From a bacterium (GTDB taxonomy: Bacteria; Zhuqueibacterota; Zhuqueibacteria; Oceanimicrobiales; Oceanimicrobiaceae), in assembly GCA_046757025.1 (NCBI GenBank), contig JBHHXN010000042.1:1-34455 (forward strand): a DNA stretch of 34,455 bases. Reading direction: 5' to 3'. The notes under the pieces are model-generated. The model was not told where the DNA came from and ran no database searches. It saw only the letters and a list, made by a program, of their open reading frames with translations. The number at the start of each line of letters is the position of its first letter. Position 1 is the first letter of the stretch. Both the position numbers and the translations under genes were made by a program. This document shows, one piece after another, positions 18,721 through 29,991 of this stretch.

Positions 18721-19980
18721 TTATCGCGGTCGAACAGTCTCTCCCGGAGGAATGGTGCGTTCAGAATAATCTTCCGCTCGCAGTTCGGGATGCAGAATGG
18801 AATTTTTGCCGACGGTAAATCCCGGCGGCACCTGAGCGTTTTTTCCCACAATAACCAATCCGCTGGCAAGATGATGCGGTTTTTCTTTGTTCGCCACCTG
18901 TGCTGAACCGGCGCCCAGCACGGTTTTCTCGCCGATCACCGCCGACTTGTCGATGATACACTCGGAAACCTGTGCTTCTTGCAAAATGCGCGTGTCGTGC
19001 ATGACCACCGAATCCGTGACCCGGGCGCCCCGACCGACGTACACACCCGGGGAAAAAATGGAGTTTTCCACATGACCCAAGATGACACATCCGGGAGAGA
19101 TAACGGAATTCTTCACGCTACTAGCAGGCGAAAAAAAAGACGGCGGCCGGTCGCCCAATCTTCCTTCCTCTTCGACATTGGTTCGCACTTCCCATTCGGC
19201 GAGATTTAATCCCGATCGACCGTCCAGCAGATCCATGTTGGCATCCCAATAAGCCTTCAGGGTCCCCACATCGCGCCAATACCCCTGAAACGGAAAGGCA
19301 AAAACCCGATCGTTTTCAACCGCCGCGGGGATGATGTGCTTGCCAAAATCATGTTCTTTATGACTGCGCAAAACATCCAGCAAGTATTTGGAGGAGAACA
19401 CATAAATGCCCATGGAAGCCAGATTGCTGTGGGCTTTTTCGGGCTTTTCTTCCCATTCGATGATGCGCTTGCTGTCATCGATGGTAGCAATGCCGAAATG
19501 GCTGGTGTCCTGCCAGGGTACGAACATCATGCCAACGGTTAGATCCGCGCGGTTTTGCTCGTGATGCGCGATGAGATCGGCATAATTTAATTTATAAATA
19601 TGATCTCCGGAAAGCACCAAAATCCGCTCTGGCAGGTTGGATTCGATGAAATCGATATTCTGGCGCACTGCATCCGCTGTGCCCTGGTACCAGTCAGAAT
19701 CCTTTTGTCCCGTCCTCGGCGGCAATATTTTCGCGCCGCGGGTACGACCGATAAAATCCCACGGTTCCCCGGTACCGATGTGTTTCATCAGGGACAAGGG
19801 TTTGTATTGCGTAAGCACGCCCACGGAATCCAAACCGGAATTCATCACGTTGCTGAGCGTAAAATCGATTATGCGGTAAACGCCGCCAAAAGGGACGGCG
19901 GGTTTGGCCCGAGCATAACCTAAGATATTCAGCCGGCTACCCACGCCGCCGGCCAACAGCATCACCAGCGTTTTAGTCAT
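18721..19980 (-). CDS. glgC: Glucose-1-phosphate adenylyltransferase (ADP-glucose pyrophosphorylase)
   Basis: LAGGVGSRL, RAKPAVPFGG.YRIIDF.LSN, WYQGTADAV, LSGDHIY, EEKP, ASMGIY, DFGKHIIP, YWRDVGT. Confidence 0.92.
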   Translation of the reverse strand: MTKTLVMLLAGGVGSRLNILGYARAKPAVPFGGVYRIIDFTLSNVMNSGLDSVGVLTQYKPLSLMKHIGTGEPWDFIGRTRGAKILPPRTGQKDSDWYQGTADAVRQNIDFIESNLPERILVLSGDHIYKLNYADLIAHHEQNRADLTVGMMFVPWQDTSHFGIATIDDSKRIIEWEEKPEKAHSNLASMGIYVFSSKYLLDVLRSHKEHDFGKHIIPAAVENDRVFAFPFQGYWRDVGTLKAYWDANMDLLDGRSGLNLAEWEVRTNVEEEGRLGDRPPSFFSPASSVKNSVISPGCVILGHVENSIFSPGVYVGRGARVTDSVVMHDTRILQEAQVSECIIDKSAVIGEKTVLGAGSAQVANKEKPHHLASGLVIVGKNAQVPPGFTVGKNSILHPELRAEDYSERTIPPGETVRPR

Positions 19981-21254
19981 AAAATGCTCACTCCGGTAGC
20001 ATAGCTTTTTTCTGTAAAATCAGCAGCCTGTTTCAATGGGTTGACAATACAATTTCGCCCCAGTTGTAATTTTGGGGGAATTTGAACCGCGCGACCCAGC
20101 AGAGTCAACCCCGAGCTCAGCAGCTCAGGAAATTCACGGTTTGGGATGATCTGCTCTCCCACTCCCACATGGCTGTCCGCACCGATTTGCACCTCCACAT
20201 CGGTTATCACCTTGTCAAGTACCGCGCCGGCTTCCACTACCGTATCAAACAGCAAAATAGAATCTTTCACTGCCGCTCCTTCCGCTACTTTCACCCCGGG
20301 GAACAGGATGCTATTTTCAACCTGCCCATTTATCTCGCAGCCGTTTTGAATCAAGGCGTTTTGCACGTCGGCTTGAGGGCCTAACCAGGCTGGCGCGCGA
20401 TCCCGCAAGCCATCATGGTCGAGATTGGTGCGTACCTGCCAGGCTTCCAAATCGATAGCCGGACGGTCCTGCAGCAAGTCCATGTTGGTTTGCCAGTATT
20501 CATCGATGGTGCGGGCATAGCCCCAATATCCGTCAAATTTATAGCCGTAAACCCGGTACTTACTCAACATCGCCGGAATGATATCTCGGCCGAACTCATG
20601 TGAATCCGAAAGACGCGCATTTTCTTCCAGAACCTCGTTTAACACCGATGGCTTGAACAGATAGATGGTTAAACTGGCCCAGGGATAAAAAACGTCTTTG
20701 GGTTTTTCACGATAATTCACAATGCGGCCGCCGATTTTCCCGTCTTCTTCATCAAGTTCAGCAACGCCAAATCGGCAGCTCTGTTTGCCGTCGATGGAAT
20801 AAAAGGCCACGGTTAAATCCGCGTCTTTTTCGCGATGGTAGCGCAGCATCTGCCGGTAATCCATTTTGTATATATGGTCGCCAGATATTATCAGCACGGT
20901 TTGCGGTTGGTGTATTTTTACAAATTCCAGATTCTGAAAAACCGCATCGCTGCTGCCTTTGTACCAGTCGCTGGCTTTGTAGCCCATAGAAGGCGGCAAC
21001 ATGGTGGCGCCGCGATTTCTCCCCAGAAAATCCCACCAGGCGCCGACGCCGATGTGGTTGATCAGTGAATAGGAGCGATACTGACTGAGAATGCCGACAT
21101 TCTCCACTCCCGAATGCATGAGATTGCTCAAGGGGAAATCGATAACGCGGTACATGCCGCCAAAGGGCACCGCAGATTTGGGACGTCGGAGGGTTAAAAC
21201 ACTTAATTCATCGACTCGCCCGCCGGCGAGCACCATAGCCAGAACATTCTTCAT
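19977..21254 (-). CDS. GlgC paralogue with an altered nucleotide-binding loop (GlgD-like subunit)
   Basis: Same fold as GlgC but with LAGGRVDEL for LAGGxGxRL and YWGYART for YWRDVGT. ATGA overlap with glgC. Confidence 0.85.
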   Translation of the reverse strand: MKNVLAMVLAGGRVDELSVLTLRRPKSAVPFGGMYRVIDFPLSNLMHSGVENVGILSQYRSYSLINHIGVGAWWDFLGRNRGATMLPPSMGYKASDWYKGSSDAVFQNLEFVKIHQPQTVLIISGDHIYKMDYRQMLRYHREKDADLTVAFYSIDGKQSCRFGVAELDEEDGKIGGRIVNYREKPKDVFYPWASLTIYLFKPSVLNEVLEENARLSDSHEFGRDIIPAMLSKYRVYGYKFDGYWGYARTIDEYWQTNMDLLQDRPAIDLEAWQVRTNLDHDGLRDRAPAWLGPQADVQNALIQNGCEINGQVENSILFPGVKVAEGAAVKDSILLFDTVVEAGAVLDKVITDVEVQIGADSHVGVGEQIIPNREFPELLSSGLTLLGRAVQIPPKLQLGRNCIVNPLKQAADFTEKSYATGVSIL

Positions 21255-21309
21255 CTACTTTTGATAATTAAATCGTACTTCACGATTATGCATAAAGTCA
21301 GGTCGCGGG

Positions 21310-21480
21310 TCATTTACTGCCAAACTTATTTTCGATCAATCTGCCCACGATAAAAATGGCCACGCCGATAATCGCAATCTTTACCTCAGCGCCCAGGTCA
21401 TCTTGCGAAAACCCGATATACAATCCGATTAACACTTGCGCTAAACCGATAATTTGTAAACCTTTGGCGATGTACCACAT
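21310..21480 (-). CDS. Small two-helix membrane protein (56 aa), not in the ORF track
   Basis: MWYIAKGLQIIGLAQVLIGLYIGFSQDDLGAEVKIAIIGVAIFIVGRLIENKFGSK*. Two hydrophobic segments with a short acidic loop and basic termini. Lies directly behind a near-consensus promoter. Confidence 0.75.
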   Translation of the reverse strand: MWYIAKGLQIIGLAQVLIGLYIGFSQDDLGAEVKIAIIGVAIFIVGRLIENKFGSK

Positions 21481-21526
21481 GTTATTCCCAATTCGTTCAA
21501 AATAAAATTAGCAGAAACAACGCACA

Positions 21527-21555
21527 ATTATACTAATTTTTAAGTAGATAAGCAA
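21527..21555 (-). promoter_or_regulatory. sigma70 promoter of the small-protein / glgD-like / glgC / NTase-PMM operon
   Basis: TTGCTT (21555-21550), 17 nt, TATAAT (21532-21527). Confidence 0.75.
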
Positions 21556-21667
21556 GGGAAATCCATCAATCGCGAAATGGCTTGTGAATAAACCGGGACG
21601 GTACAGTGGAGCGAGAAATCTTGGTTTTATTTGACCCTCCTTCAGCTACTTCGCTATCGCAGGATGG

Positions 21668-22351
21668 TCATTTCTCCGGCGTGACCAGACCAATACGGAT
21701 GGCATAGCGCACCAGACCAGCGATGTCGTGAATGTCCAGTCGATCCATGAGCTGAGTTCGGTGCGTGTCCACCGTTTTGGCGCTGACGTGCAGCTTTTCA
21801 GCGATTTGCCGGGTGGTGTGGCCTTCGGCGATGAGCTGAAGGATTTCCCGCTGTCGCAGGGTCAATTTCTCTCGTGGGTATGGCTGGATGGATTCTTTGA
21901 TTTTCTCAGGCGAGCCAGCCTGCGTGCGATTCAGGTATTTATCGATGACGTGTTTGGACACGACGGGGGAAAGGTAAGTTTCGCCGCGCGCCACCGCTTT
22001 GACGGCAATTTCCAGCTCGGTTTGCGCCGCATCTTTCACCAGATACCCCACCGCTCCCGCGCGCAAAGCTTGCACTACATATTCTTCGTTGGTATGCATG
22101 GAAAGCATGATGACTTTCACGTCGGGATAGTCCCGGCTAATGCGTTCCGCGGTTTCCAAACCGTTCAATCCGGTCATGGCAATGTCCATTAAAACCACAT
22201 CCGGCTGCCGGTTCTGGATTTGTTCCAGCGCTTCATACCCGTCACTGGCCTCCGCCAAAACCTTCACATCTTTGATCTGTTCCAAAAGCGACCGCAACCC
22301 AGCCCGCACTAGCGTGTGGTCATCGGCGATGAGAACGTTTAGTTTCTCCAT
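21668..22351 (-). CDS. NarL/LuxR family response regulator
   Basis: IADDH, phospho-Asp in [46 protein letters not shown] at 22351 chosen because of the AAGGGTGGT RBS; the ORF track starts at GTG 22360. Confidence 0.95.
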   Translation of the reverse strand: MEKLNVLIADDHTLVRAGLRSLLEQIKDVKVLAEASDGYEALEQIQNRQPDVVLMDIAMTGLNGLETAERISRDYPDVKVIMLSMHTNEEYVVQALRAGAVGYLVKDAAQTELEIAVKAVARGETYLSPVVSKHVIDKYLNRTQAGSPEKIKESIQPYPREKLTLRQREILQLIAEGHTTRQIAEKLHVSAKTVDTHRTQLMDRLDIHDIAGLVRYAIRIGLVTPEK

Positions 22352-25300
22352 CTGTACCACCCTTTATTTGTAGTGATTTTATGGCTTGATTTGGAATACT
22401 TACTTTCACTTCCGTTCCCTGGCCGGACGCTGAATGAATAGTTAGCTTGCCCGCGATCAGAGAAATGCGCTCTTCCATGCCCAGCAAACCTAAACTCGAA
22501 CCGGCAACCGCTCGTGTTCGCGCAGCTTCGGGGTCAAAACCGATGCCATCATCCCGCACCGTTAGCTGGAGCTCTTGTCTGGTTTTGCGCAGCTCAACCC
22601 AGAAGCGCCTGGCTCTGGCATGCCGTATGATATTGGTGATGGCTTCCTGCACCACGCGAAAACAGGCAATTTCGATATCCGGAGGCAGCCGTTCGGGAAA
22701 CTCTTCGCCGGTGAAATGGGCTGTGAGACCGGTCAGTTGAATTTGCCGGTTCACAAACCATCGCAAAGCCGACTCCAGGCCCAGGTCGTCCAGCATGGAG
22801 GGTCGTAAATTCAAAGATAGATTGCGTACACGCTGCAAAGTATCTTCGATCAATTTTATGCTGTCTCGCAGGGGCGGTTGCTTTGGTAGGGATATGGTCT
22901 GCAGATTGATTTTTATGGCGGTTAAAATTTGCCCAATTTCGTCGTGCAGCTCGCAGGCGATGGCCCGGCGCTCGGTTTCCTGAACTTCAATTAATCGGTG
23001 TGACAAAATTTGCAGGCGTTCGCGGCTCTCTCGCAGTGCTTCCTCTGCCTGCTTCCGCTCGGTGATATTTCGTACAATGGCCAGCACCTCATTCTTTCCG
23101 CTAACCACCATCCGAGTTTCATAGTCTCGCACGCCATCCGGGAACGGCAGCCGGAACTCGAAATTCTGCATTTTTCCGCTATCCAGGCACTTTTGAATAT
23201 GGTATTCGTATTTTTGTGCCACTTCGGTGCTGAGAATTTCCTTCACTCGTTTCCCTAAAAATGTTTCGGGCTTGACAAACAGTTGAGCCGAGCTTGGAGC
23301 ATGGTAATCCAGGTGAGTTCCATCCTGAGAAAGACGAAACATCAGATCCGGTATGGCATTGAGAATGGCCCGGTTTTTGGCTTCACTCGCACTGAGTTTT
23401 TCCTCGAAAAGTTTGCGTTCGGTAATGTCCTGGATGGCGCCAAATATACGTGTCACGCGCTTTTCTTTTTTATCCCACACCGGGCGCGCGTAATCCTGCA
23501 CCCAGCGGATCTTTCCTTTTTTTGTCCGAATGCGATACTGCACGGTTATTGGCTTACCTGCCAGAAGGGTTCGCATCTGGGTTTCGGGGATGGATTGATC
23601 GTCTGGATGAATCAGCCGGGTCCAGCCGCCCTTAGCCCGCAGCTCATCGGCATTCCAGCCAGTGATGCGGGTCAGGGCGCCGGTAACCCATTCGTTAACC
23701 AGCGTGCCATCTCGTTCAATCCGAAATGCAAAGGAAAAATCTGAAGTTAGCTCGGAAACTTTGCGATAGCGGTCTTCGCTGACTATCAAGGCGTTTTCTA
23801 TTTGTTTGAGCTCGGTGATATCCATCACGGCTCCCACGTGGCCGGTAAATTGCCCTTCATCAGATTCTAATGCCAGCGTTTCGCCGATGACCCAGGCGAC
23901 CGTGCCGTCTGCTTTCTGGAAGCGATATTTTTCTTTGAACGGCTGGCCGGTTTGAATGGCCTTCTGCCAGGCTTTTTGAACACGCGGGCGGTCGTCGGAA
24001 TGCACGGCTTTTAGCCAGCCCCGGCCCAGGGCTTGTTCCTCTGCCAGGCCCATGATTTCCAGCAGACGCTCGTTGACAAATGTGTAACTGCCGTCGGAAT
24101 CGTTGCGGAAGATACCAACCGGCGCCACCAGGGACAGGTTGCGGAACAGCTTTTCACTTTCTCGCAAAGCTTCTTCCGCTCGTTTGCGTACGGTTAAATC
24201 GGTGGTAGACACGAACACCTTGGAAAGAGAATCTTCGTAACCGGGCACTTGTGCCCACCTCAAGCTGATATATTTTGCTTTGCCAGACAAGGTTTTTACA
24301 CTGGATTCGAATTCACACCGGGAACGGTTTTCCGCAATGGCGATCAATTCTTCCTTGAATACATCAAATGATTCGGGTGTAAACAGGGCTGGCAAACTCT
24401 TGAGCAGGCTCTTTTTGGAATCCGCGTCGTGCAGCTCCAGTACCGCTTTGTTGACGTCCAGAATTTTGACCAGGCCCGCAAGCCTGGCTACGGTTTCCGG
24501 TCTGGAATCAAAATATTTGCGAAAATCCTTGACACCTCGCCGGCGTATGCCATCGATGAAATTTTTGACTTCGGAAAAATCTTCCTCCCACAGCGGCACC
24601 GGCGATTCCTCGAAAAGCGCCTGGTAATGCTGCTGACTGGCCCGCAAGGCGGCTTCCGCTTTTTTTCTTTCTGTGATGTCGCGCACAATGGCTTGAATAA
24701 AACGCCATTGCCCCAATTCGATCAAATTCAAATTTACTTCGGCATCGAAGGGGGTGCCGTCGTATTGAATGTGCCGCCACTCAAAGAACTGCGGTTCTCC
24801 AGCCAGCGCAGCCTGGATTTTCTCCAGGGCTTTGGCTTTAGAATTCCGCCCATCCGGCTGTTTGTCCGGCGAATATTCATACGGCGTGTGCCCGATGATC
24901 TGTTCACGCGTGCAGCCGAACAGCTCCAGTGTTTTTTGGTTGCAGTCGATAAAACGATCGTCCTTCATAATAAAGATGGCGTCACCTGCAGCCTCGAATA
25001 ACGTGCGGTAGCGTAATTCGCTTTCGCGCAAAGCCGCTTCTGTGCGCTTTTGTATGGTGATATCGTGGTTCACACCCAGGACGTGCGTGCAATGACCCTC
25101 TTCATTAAAAATGGGGATAACGGTAACTTCCAATAGAAAGGTGCCTTTCGGCAAAATTTCTTCTTTTTCAAACGTGAGGCTTTGCCGGGACTGAATCGCC
25201 TGCTTGATTTTGTCAATGCGATGGCGGGCGGAATCTTTCGGCAGCACCTGGTCAATTGTTTTACCGATTATTTGATTTTCTGAAAAACCGGTGTTTTTCA

Positions 25301-28300
25301 ACATGGATTGATTCACCGCAACCACTCTGAATTTGTTCGCAGACTCAACCTCGGTGAGCACAATCCAATCGGAAACGCCGTTGAAAATTATGGACAATCT
25401 TTTTTCGCTCAACCGCAGCGCTTCTTCAGCGCGCATGCGCTCGCTAAGCTCATCTTCCAGCTTCTGGAACAGGCGGGCATTTTCGATGGCCACGGCAGCC
25501 AAATTGGCCAGCGTGGAAAGCAAGCGCTCGTCATATTCACTAAAAGCGCTTAATTGCGTACTTTCCACATTGATGGAGCCAATGGTGTGACCGCCCACTT
25601 GCAGCGGCACGCAAAGCTCCGACTGCACGGTTGGATCCGCTTCGATGTATCGTTTGTCCTCCTTCACATTGCCGGTGCGTACCGCCTGGCCGTGCATGGC
25701 TACCCATCCTGAAATGCCATCTCCAACCTGGCTTACCAGGCTGTGTAGGTGCGCGATCTCGGCGCGTAAAAATTTTTCGCTCATTCCCATTTTGCTGTAC
25801 GCCAGAAGGCGAAGATTTTTGCCAGAATCGCTTTTCAGCCAGATAGACCCGCGCTGCCATTTTAAGAGTCTTTCGAGAATATCGATAATACTCTGCGCCA
25901 CCGCTTCAATATCGAGCAGTTGACTGAAGGCCAGACTGGCCTGGTGCAAAGTCAGAAGCTTGTTCAAATGTTGACGGATTTTTTCATCGGCCAGTCTATT
26001 CACAGAGATGTCGGTGGAAATCATCATCAAAGACTCGACCTTGTCGTCGCTTTTTATGGGCGCCACCCGTGTGGAATACCAGACCTTTTTTTGGTCGGGC
26101 CCCACACCAATGTGTTCATAAGCCATGGGCCTGGCTGTGTGAACCGCCTCCTTCAAACAGTTTTTCATGGTTTCATGGTACTCGGGTGCGGTGTAATCGA
26201 AAATGGTAGTTCCGATGACTTCTTCAAAAGAGAACCCGGGCAAAGTGCGGTTGATAAATTGAATTTGGCCTTCCGGCGTGATGATGCTGATGAAATCGGG
26301 CGCGTTTTCCACCAGAGAACGATATTTTTCTTCAGACTCTTTCAAGGCTTCTTCTGCCAATTTCAGATGGGTGACATCCTGCACCGTTCCCAGCGATTTT
26401 ATCGGTTGACCTTGTTCGTCGTAGTCCGTTTGGCATTTTTCATGAACATACTTGATGGAACCATCCTTTAAGAGAAGTCGATGAACGATGTCATATTTTG
26501 TCTTGTTTTTAAGGGAATTCTTGTATTCACGGTCAACGAAATCTCGGTCATCTGGATGGACTGTGTCGAGGAAAACTTCGTAAGATACTCCGAACTTCTG
26601 TGGTTTGAGCTCGAAAATGCGATATATCTCATCCGACCAATAGAGTTTGTTGGCTGCCAGGTTTAGTTCCCAATGACCAAGATGAGCAATTTGTTCGGCT
26701 TCCTTTAATCGGGATTCGCTTAGACGAAGGCCTTCTTCGGCCTGTTTGCGCAACAGCGCCTCCCCAAACAGGCCAGCCACGGTTTTCAGGGCTTCGATTT
26801 CTGCTTTAGACCATACCCGCTCATGCAGACAGTCGTCGAAACCGATAAATCCCCACCATTCGTTGCCGGTGAATATGGGCACAACCGCAATCGATTTGAT
26901 GCCCTGGAGCTCCAGCATCCGGCGCTCACTTAAGGGAAAATTCCGCACAAGGCCAAATAACGGCTTCTCTTTTGCGAAGGTTGTTTGCCAGCGATGCATG
27001 CCGGTATCTTTCCAGGGGATATTCAACAAATCAGGATTGTTGATTTGCGGCACGATGCCATCCGCGGTCCATTCGTAGCGCCGAGTGAGCCGGAAGGTCC
27101 CCTCCTCATCGCAGTGGTTTTCGAAAATATAAACCCGGCTGATCTCAGCAGCCTGACCAATTCGCGCCAGCATACGGTGGAAGCTCTCAGTCCAAAACGC
27201 TGATTTGATAAAAAACCGCGCGGTGTCGCTAATGACTTCTAGAATGGCCTCTCGTCGTTTTAAGGCTTCTTCACCAAGTTTGTGTTCGGTGATATCCCGG
27301 GCCACCCCCTCAATCGCGATCAGGTTTCCCTCTGGATCGTAGATGGGTGTATGGCGGTCTTCAACCCAGATAAACTTGCCGTTTTTGTGCCGCCAACGCA
27401 CCACATGCGGGCCTTTCTGTACAACCCCTTCATAAAGAGCTTTTAACATGGGACGGTCGTCGGGATGGATTATATGCCATCCCAGTTCGGAATCCGCATA
27501 AAAATCTTGCGGTGGGTAGCCGGTTATGGTGGAAACGGCCGGACTGATAAATTCAAATCTTGGTTTTGGCACCAGCGTAAAGCGATAAATAATATCCGGG
27601 GCATTATCAGCCAGCCGTCGGAACCGCTCTTCACTTTCGCGCAAAGATATTTCAGCCTTCTTGTGCTCAGTTATGTCGATGGCCGTACCGAGTACCGAAG
27701 GCTGAGCCTGGAATGCGATAGCGTCGGCGGTAAAATCTACCCAACGTTCCTCACCGGCTTTTGTTACGATTTTAACCTCGTCTCGTTTTGGAACGGGTTT
27801 GCCTTGCTGTCTTAGCAAACCTCGTGTTTTGACCAATTCTTGAAATTCTGGGTGAATGATATTCCAGAACTTCATCTTCAGCAGCTCTTTTTCCGGGTAG
27901 CCGGTCATGACTTGTCCTGCTGGATTGATATAACGTAGTTTTTCATCCCGGATAATAAAGATAGCCGCTGCCGTCGTTTCGGCCAGTGCTCGAAATTTGG
28001 TTTCGCTTTCTTCCAATGCCAATCGGGAGCGCTTTTGCTCGCTGATATCCCGCACAAATGCGGCCACAAGCGGCTCTTCCTCAGTTTGCATGATCACGAT
28101 GCTCACTTCCAGATCGATACATTGGCCGTTCTTACGGCGATGTTTGGTTTGAAAGCGTGCCCATCCCTGTTGCACCATACTGTCGATTCGCCGGGCGATA
28201 TCTTTGTCACCGAGATTGGCTTCCAGCTCGCGTATGTTCATGCGCAGGAGCTCGGCCCTCGAATAGCCTACCATCTTACAATAGGCGGGGTTGGCATCCA

Positions 28301-29321
28301 CGAGCTGCCCCTTTGTGTCGGCTAAAATGTAACCGTCCATAGTAGTCTGAAGGATTTGCTCATTGCGGCGCATTTGCCGTTTCAGGGATTCTTCGGTATG
28401 TTTGCGTTCCGTGATATCCCGCACAATGGCTTGCAATCGGCCATCGGAAAGTTGTTTCGCGCTGATTTCCACCGGCAGCAGCGTTCCATCTTTGCGTTTT
28501 AATCGACGCTCTCTGATGATGGTTTTGCCGGCTTTGAGTTCTTCGATTTGCAGTGGATGCGATTGCCTGTCTTCTTCCGAAACCACGTCTTGAACTTTTA
28601 GAGCGAGTAATTCATCGTGTGTATAACCTAGCATAGCGCAGGCACTGGGATTGACTTCCGCATAGTTGCCTTGACTGTCCGCAATAAAAATTCCGTCCGC
28701 AGCCTGTACTATGAGATTTCTGTATCTCTCCTCACTTTTACGGATAGTTTCTTCGGCTCGCTTGCATTGAATGGCCTGAGCGAGAATATTCGCCACAGAA
28801 ACCAGAAAGAAAATTTCATGCTCAGAAAAACTTCTTTTGCGAGTCGAATGAACCTCGAAAACTCCGTACGGTTTTTCCCTGGCCTGAATGGGAACACTCA
28901 CACCGCTGATAATTTGATGGTCTTTTGGAATACCCGCGTCGCAGAATCTTTCTTCCTGGTTGAAATCATGAGCCACGACAGGTTCGTTTGTCAACAGGGC
29001 AAAACCCGCTTGCGATTTTCTATCCGCACGAATGGTTGCGTTACCAACCATTTGCTTTTTCCAACCCACACCGGTTTTCAGCAGCAATTGTTTGCCATCC
29101 GGCAAGCATTCTAAAATAGCGCAATACTCCACCTTTAACGTTCGGGCAGTAACCTTGACCACATGCTCCATCAATTCAGCCAAATCGCGGCTGTTGAGTG
29201 CAAGCTGGCCCAAATCAACGATGGCCGACTGCTGACGAACAATGGATTGAATCTCTGTTCTGGATTCGGGTCGCGCGAAAACGCGCGTTTTGTTTCTGGA
29301 GTTTTGTTTAATTGCATTCAT
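22320..29321 (-). CDS. Giant soluble multi-PAS/GAF sensor histidine kinase (HisKA_3 class)
   Basis: 2333 aa. Twelve PAS-terminal (D/N)(I/V/L)(T/S) motifs and three GAF-like blocks. H-box [48 protein letters not shown]. No obvious transmembrane helix. Confidence 0.95.
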   Translation of the reverse strand: MNAIKQNSRNKTRVFARPESRTEIQSIVRQQSAIVDLGQLALNSRDLAELMEHVVKVTARTLKVEYCAILECLPDGKQLLLKTGVGWKKQMVGNATIRADRKSQAGFALLTNEPVVAHDFNQEERFCDAGIPKDHQIISGVSVPIQAREKPYGVFEVHSTRKRSFSEHEIFFLVSVANILAQAIQCKRAEETIRKSEERYRNLIVQAADGIFIADSQGNYAEVNPSACAMLGYTHDELLALKVQDVVSEEDRQSHPLQIEELKAGKTIIRERRLKRKDGTLLPVEISAKQLSDGRLQAIVRDITERKHTEESLKRQMRRNEQILQTTMDGYILADTKGQLVDANPAYCKMVGYSRAELLRMNIRELEANLGDKDIARRIDSMVQQGWARFQTKHRRKNGQCIDLEVSIVIMQTEEEPLVAAFVRDISEQKRSRLALEESETKFRALAETTAAAIFIIRDEKLRYINPAGQVMTGYPEKELLKMKFWNIIHPEFQELVKTRGLLRQQGKPVPKRDEVKIVTKAGEERWVDFTADAIAFQAQPSVLGTAIDITEHKKAEISLRESEERFRRLADNAPDIIYRFTLVPKPRFEFISPAVSTITGYPPQDFYADSELGWHIIHPDDRPMLKALYEGVVQKGPHVVRWRHKNGKFIWVEDRHTPIYDPEGNLIAIEGVARDITEHKLGEEALKRREAILEVISDTARFFIKSAFWTESFHRMLARIGQAAEISRVYIFENHCDEEGTFRLTRRYEWTADGIVPQINNPDLLNIPWKDTGMHRWQTTFAKEKPLFGLVRNFPLSERRMLELQGIKSIAVVPIFTGNEWWGFIGFDDCLHERVWSKAEIEALKTVAGLFGEALLRKQAEEGLRLSESRLKEAEQIAHLGHWELNLAANKLYWSDEIYRIFELKPQKFGVSYEVFLDTVHPDDRDFVDREYKNSLKNKTKYDIVHRLLLKDGSIKYVHEKCQTDYDEQGQPIKSLGTVQDVTHLKLAEEALKESEEKYRSLVENAPDFISIITPEGQIQFINRTLPGFSFEEVIGTTIFDYTAPEYHETMKNCLKEAVHTARPMAYEHIGVGPDQKKVWYSTRVAPIKSDDKVESLMMISTDISVNRLADEKIRQHLNKLLTLHQASLAFSQLLDIEAVAQSIIDILERLLKWQRGSIWLKSDSGKNLRLLAYSKMGMSEKFLRAEIAHLHSLVSQVGDGISGWVAMHGQAVRTGNVKEDKRYIEADPTVQSELCVPLQVGGHTIGSINVESTQLSAFSEYDERLLSTLANLAAVAIENARLFQKLEDELSERMRAEEALRLSEKRLSIIFNGVSDWIVLTEVESANKFRVVAVNQSMLKNTGFSENQIIGKTIDQVLPKDSARHRIDKIKQAIQSRQSLTFEKEEILPKGTFLLEVTVIPIFNEEGHCTHVLGVNHDITIQKRTEAALRESELRYRTLFEAAGDAIFIMKDDRFIDCNQKTLELFGCTREQIIGHTPYEYSPDKQPDGRNSKAKALEKIQAALAGEPQFFEWRHIQYDGTPFDAEVNLNLIELGQWRFIQAIVRDITERKKAEAALRASQQHYQALFEESPVPLWEEDFSEVKNFIDGIRRRGVKDFRKYFDSRPETVARLAGLVKILDVNKAVLELHDADSKKSLLKSLPALFTPESFDVFKEELIAIAENRSRCEFESSVKTLSGKAKYISLRWAQVPGYEDSLSKVFVSTTDLTVRKRAEEALRESEKLFRNLSLVAPVGIFRNDSDGSYTFVNERLLEIMGLAEEQALGRGWLKAVHSDDRPRVQKAWQKAIQTGQPFKEKYRFQKADGTVAWVIGETLALESDEGQFTGHVGAVMDITELKQIENALIVSEDRYRKVSELTSDFSFAFRIERDGTLVNEWVTGALTRITGWNADELRAKGGWTRLIHPDDQSIPETQMRTLLAGKPITVQYRIRTKKGKIRWVQDYARPVWDKKEKRVTRIFGAIQDITERKLFEEKLSASEAKNRAILNAIPDLMFRLSQDGTHLDYHAPSSAQLFVKPETFLGKRVKEILSTEVAQKYEYHIQKCLDSGKMQNFEFRLPFPDGVRDYETRMVVSGKNEVLAIVRNITERKQAEEALRESRERLQILSHRLIEVQETERRAIACELHDEIGQILTAIKINLQTISLPKQPPLRDSIKLIEDTLQRVRNLSLNLRPSMLDDLGLESALRWFVNRQIQLTGLTAHFTGEEFPERLPPDIEIACFRVVQEAITNIIRHARARRFWVELRKTRQELQLTVRDDGIGFDPEAARTRAVAGSSLGLLGMEERISLIAGKLTIHSASGQGTEVKVSIPNQAIKSLQIKGGTDGETKRSHRR

Positions 29322-29469
29322 GATAAAAAATGGCTTCGTGAGTAAATTTTAATAGGGAATTATTGGTTGTCAGTGACGGTAAAAATAGGCTCTTGTTGAC
29401 GTAAAGTGGTGTGTGGCTGGAAAAAATAACGAATATCGCCATTCCCTTTTTTGCGATAAATTAGATATT

Positions 29470-29509
29470 AAGTTACTCCAAATTCCTAAGGAAGGCAAGG
29501 ACTATTTTA
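29470..29509 (-). promoter_or_regulatory. Promoter of the giant kinase, containing the shared 18-bp element
   Basis: TTGCCT (29498-29493), 17 nt, TAACTT (29475-29470). 29492-29509 is identical to 33498-33515. Confidence 0.55.
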
Positions 29510-29852
29510 ATAATTTAACATTTATCAATCAAACAGAGACCATATCTTTTCTCTCCGAATGAAGTTGAAACAATATACCTGTGAATGGAGTGAACTCAAA
29601 ATTCAACTGCGCGCCGACCCAAACTTCAATGTCTGTTTCCCGTTCGAGGAGCCTGAGTGAATTGGGTGTATTTCGGTGAGAATCTATTTCAACCTCTGAA
29701 TTTGCCGAAATATTGGCTCCTGCCCAATTATTGCCAAGTGTGGATTCAAAAATGGATCGCAGTAATTAAATTTTCGGGATGTATAGGAGAAGTACAGGGA
29801 TTTACTGCACAACGCACTTTTACTGAAGATTACATAAGCGGGTTAAAATGAA

Positions 29853-29991
29853 ATTTGGTGAGCCAGGAAGGAAAATTTCGACCATTTCCACTTAAAAACG
29901 GGAGACTGAGCAATATCCTGGTCGTTCACTGAGTCATAATCGCAAGCACAATTCGTGATCTATTTCGGTAGTAATTCCTGACTCACCAAAT
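29853..29991. other. 139-bp element closed by a 17-bp inverted repeat (candidate structured RNA)
   Basis: atttggtgagccaggaa / ttcctgactcaccaaat match at 16/17, and the mismatch is a G-U pair on the minus strand. Inner stem cgacca/tggtcg. Confidence 0.45.

Noticed and set aside
29525..29851. ORFs in the inter-TCS gap (64-aa plus-strand ORF; ~78-codon minus-strand open frame)
   Set aside because: No good start codon or RBS, no recognisable motifs, and the two overlap on opposite strands.
29853..29991. Retron msr-msd or cobalamin riboswitch interpretation of the inverted-repeat element
   Set aside because: No reverse transcriptase is present in the window, and the ordered cobalamin riboswitch motifs are absent.
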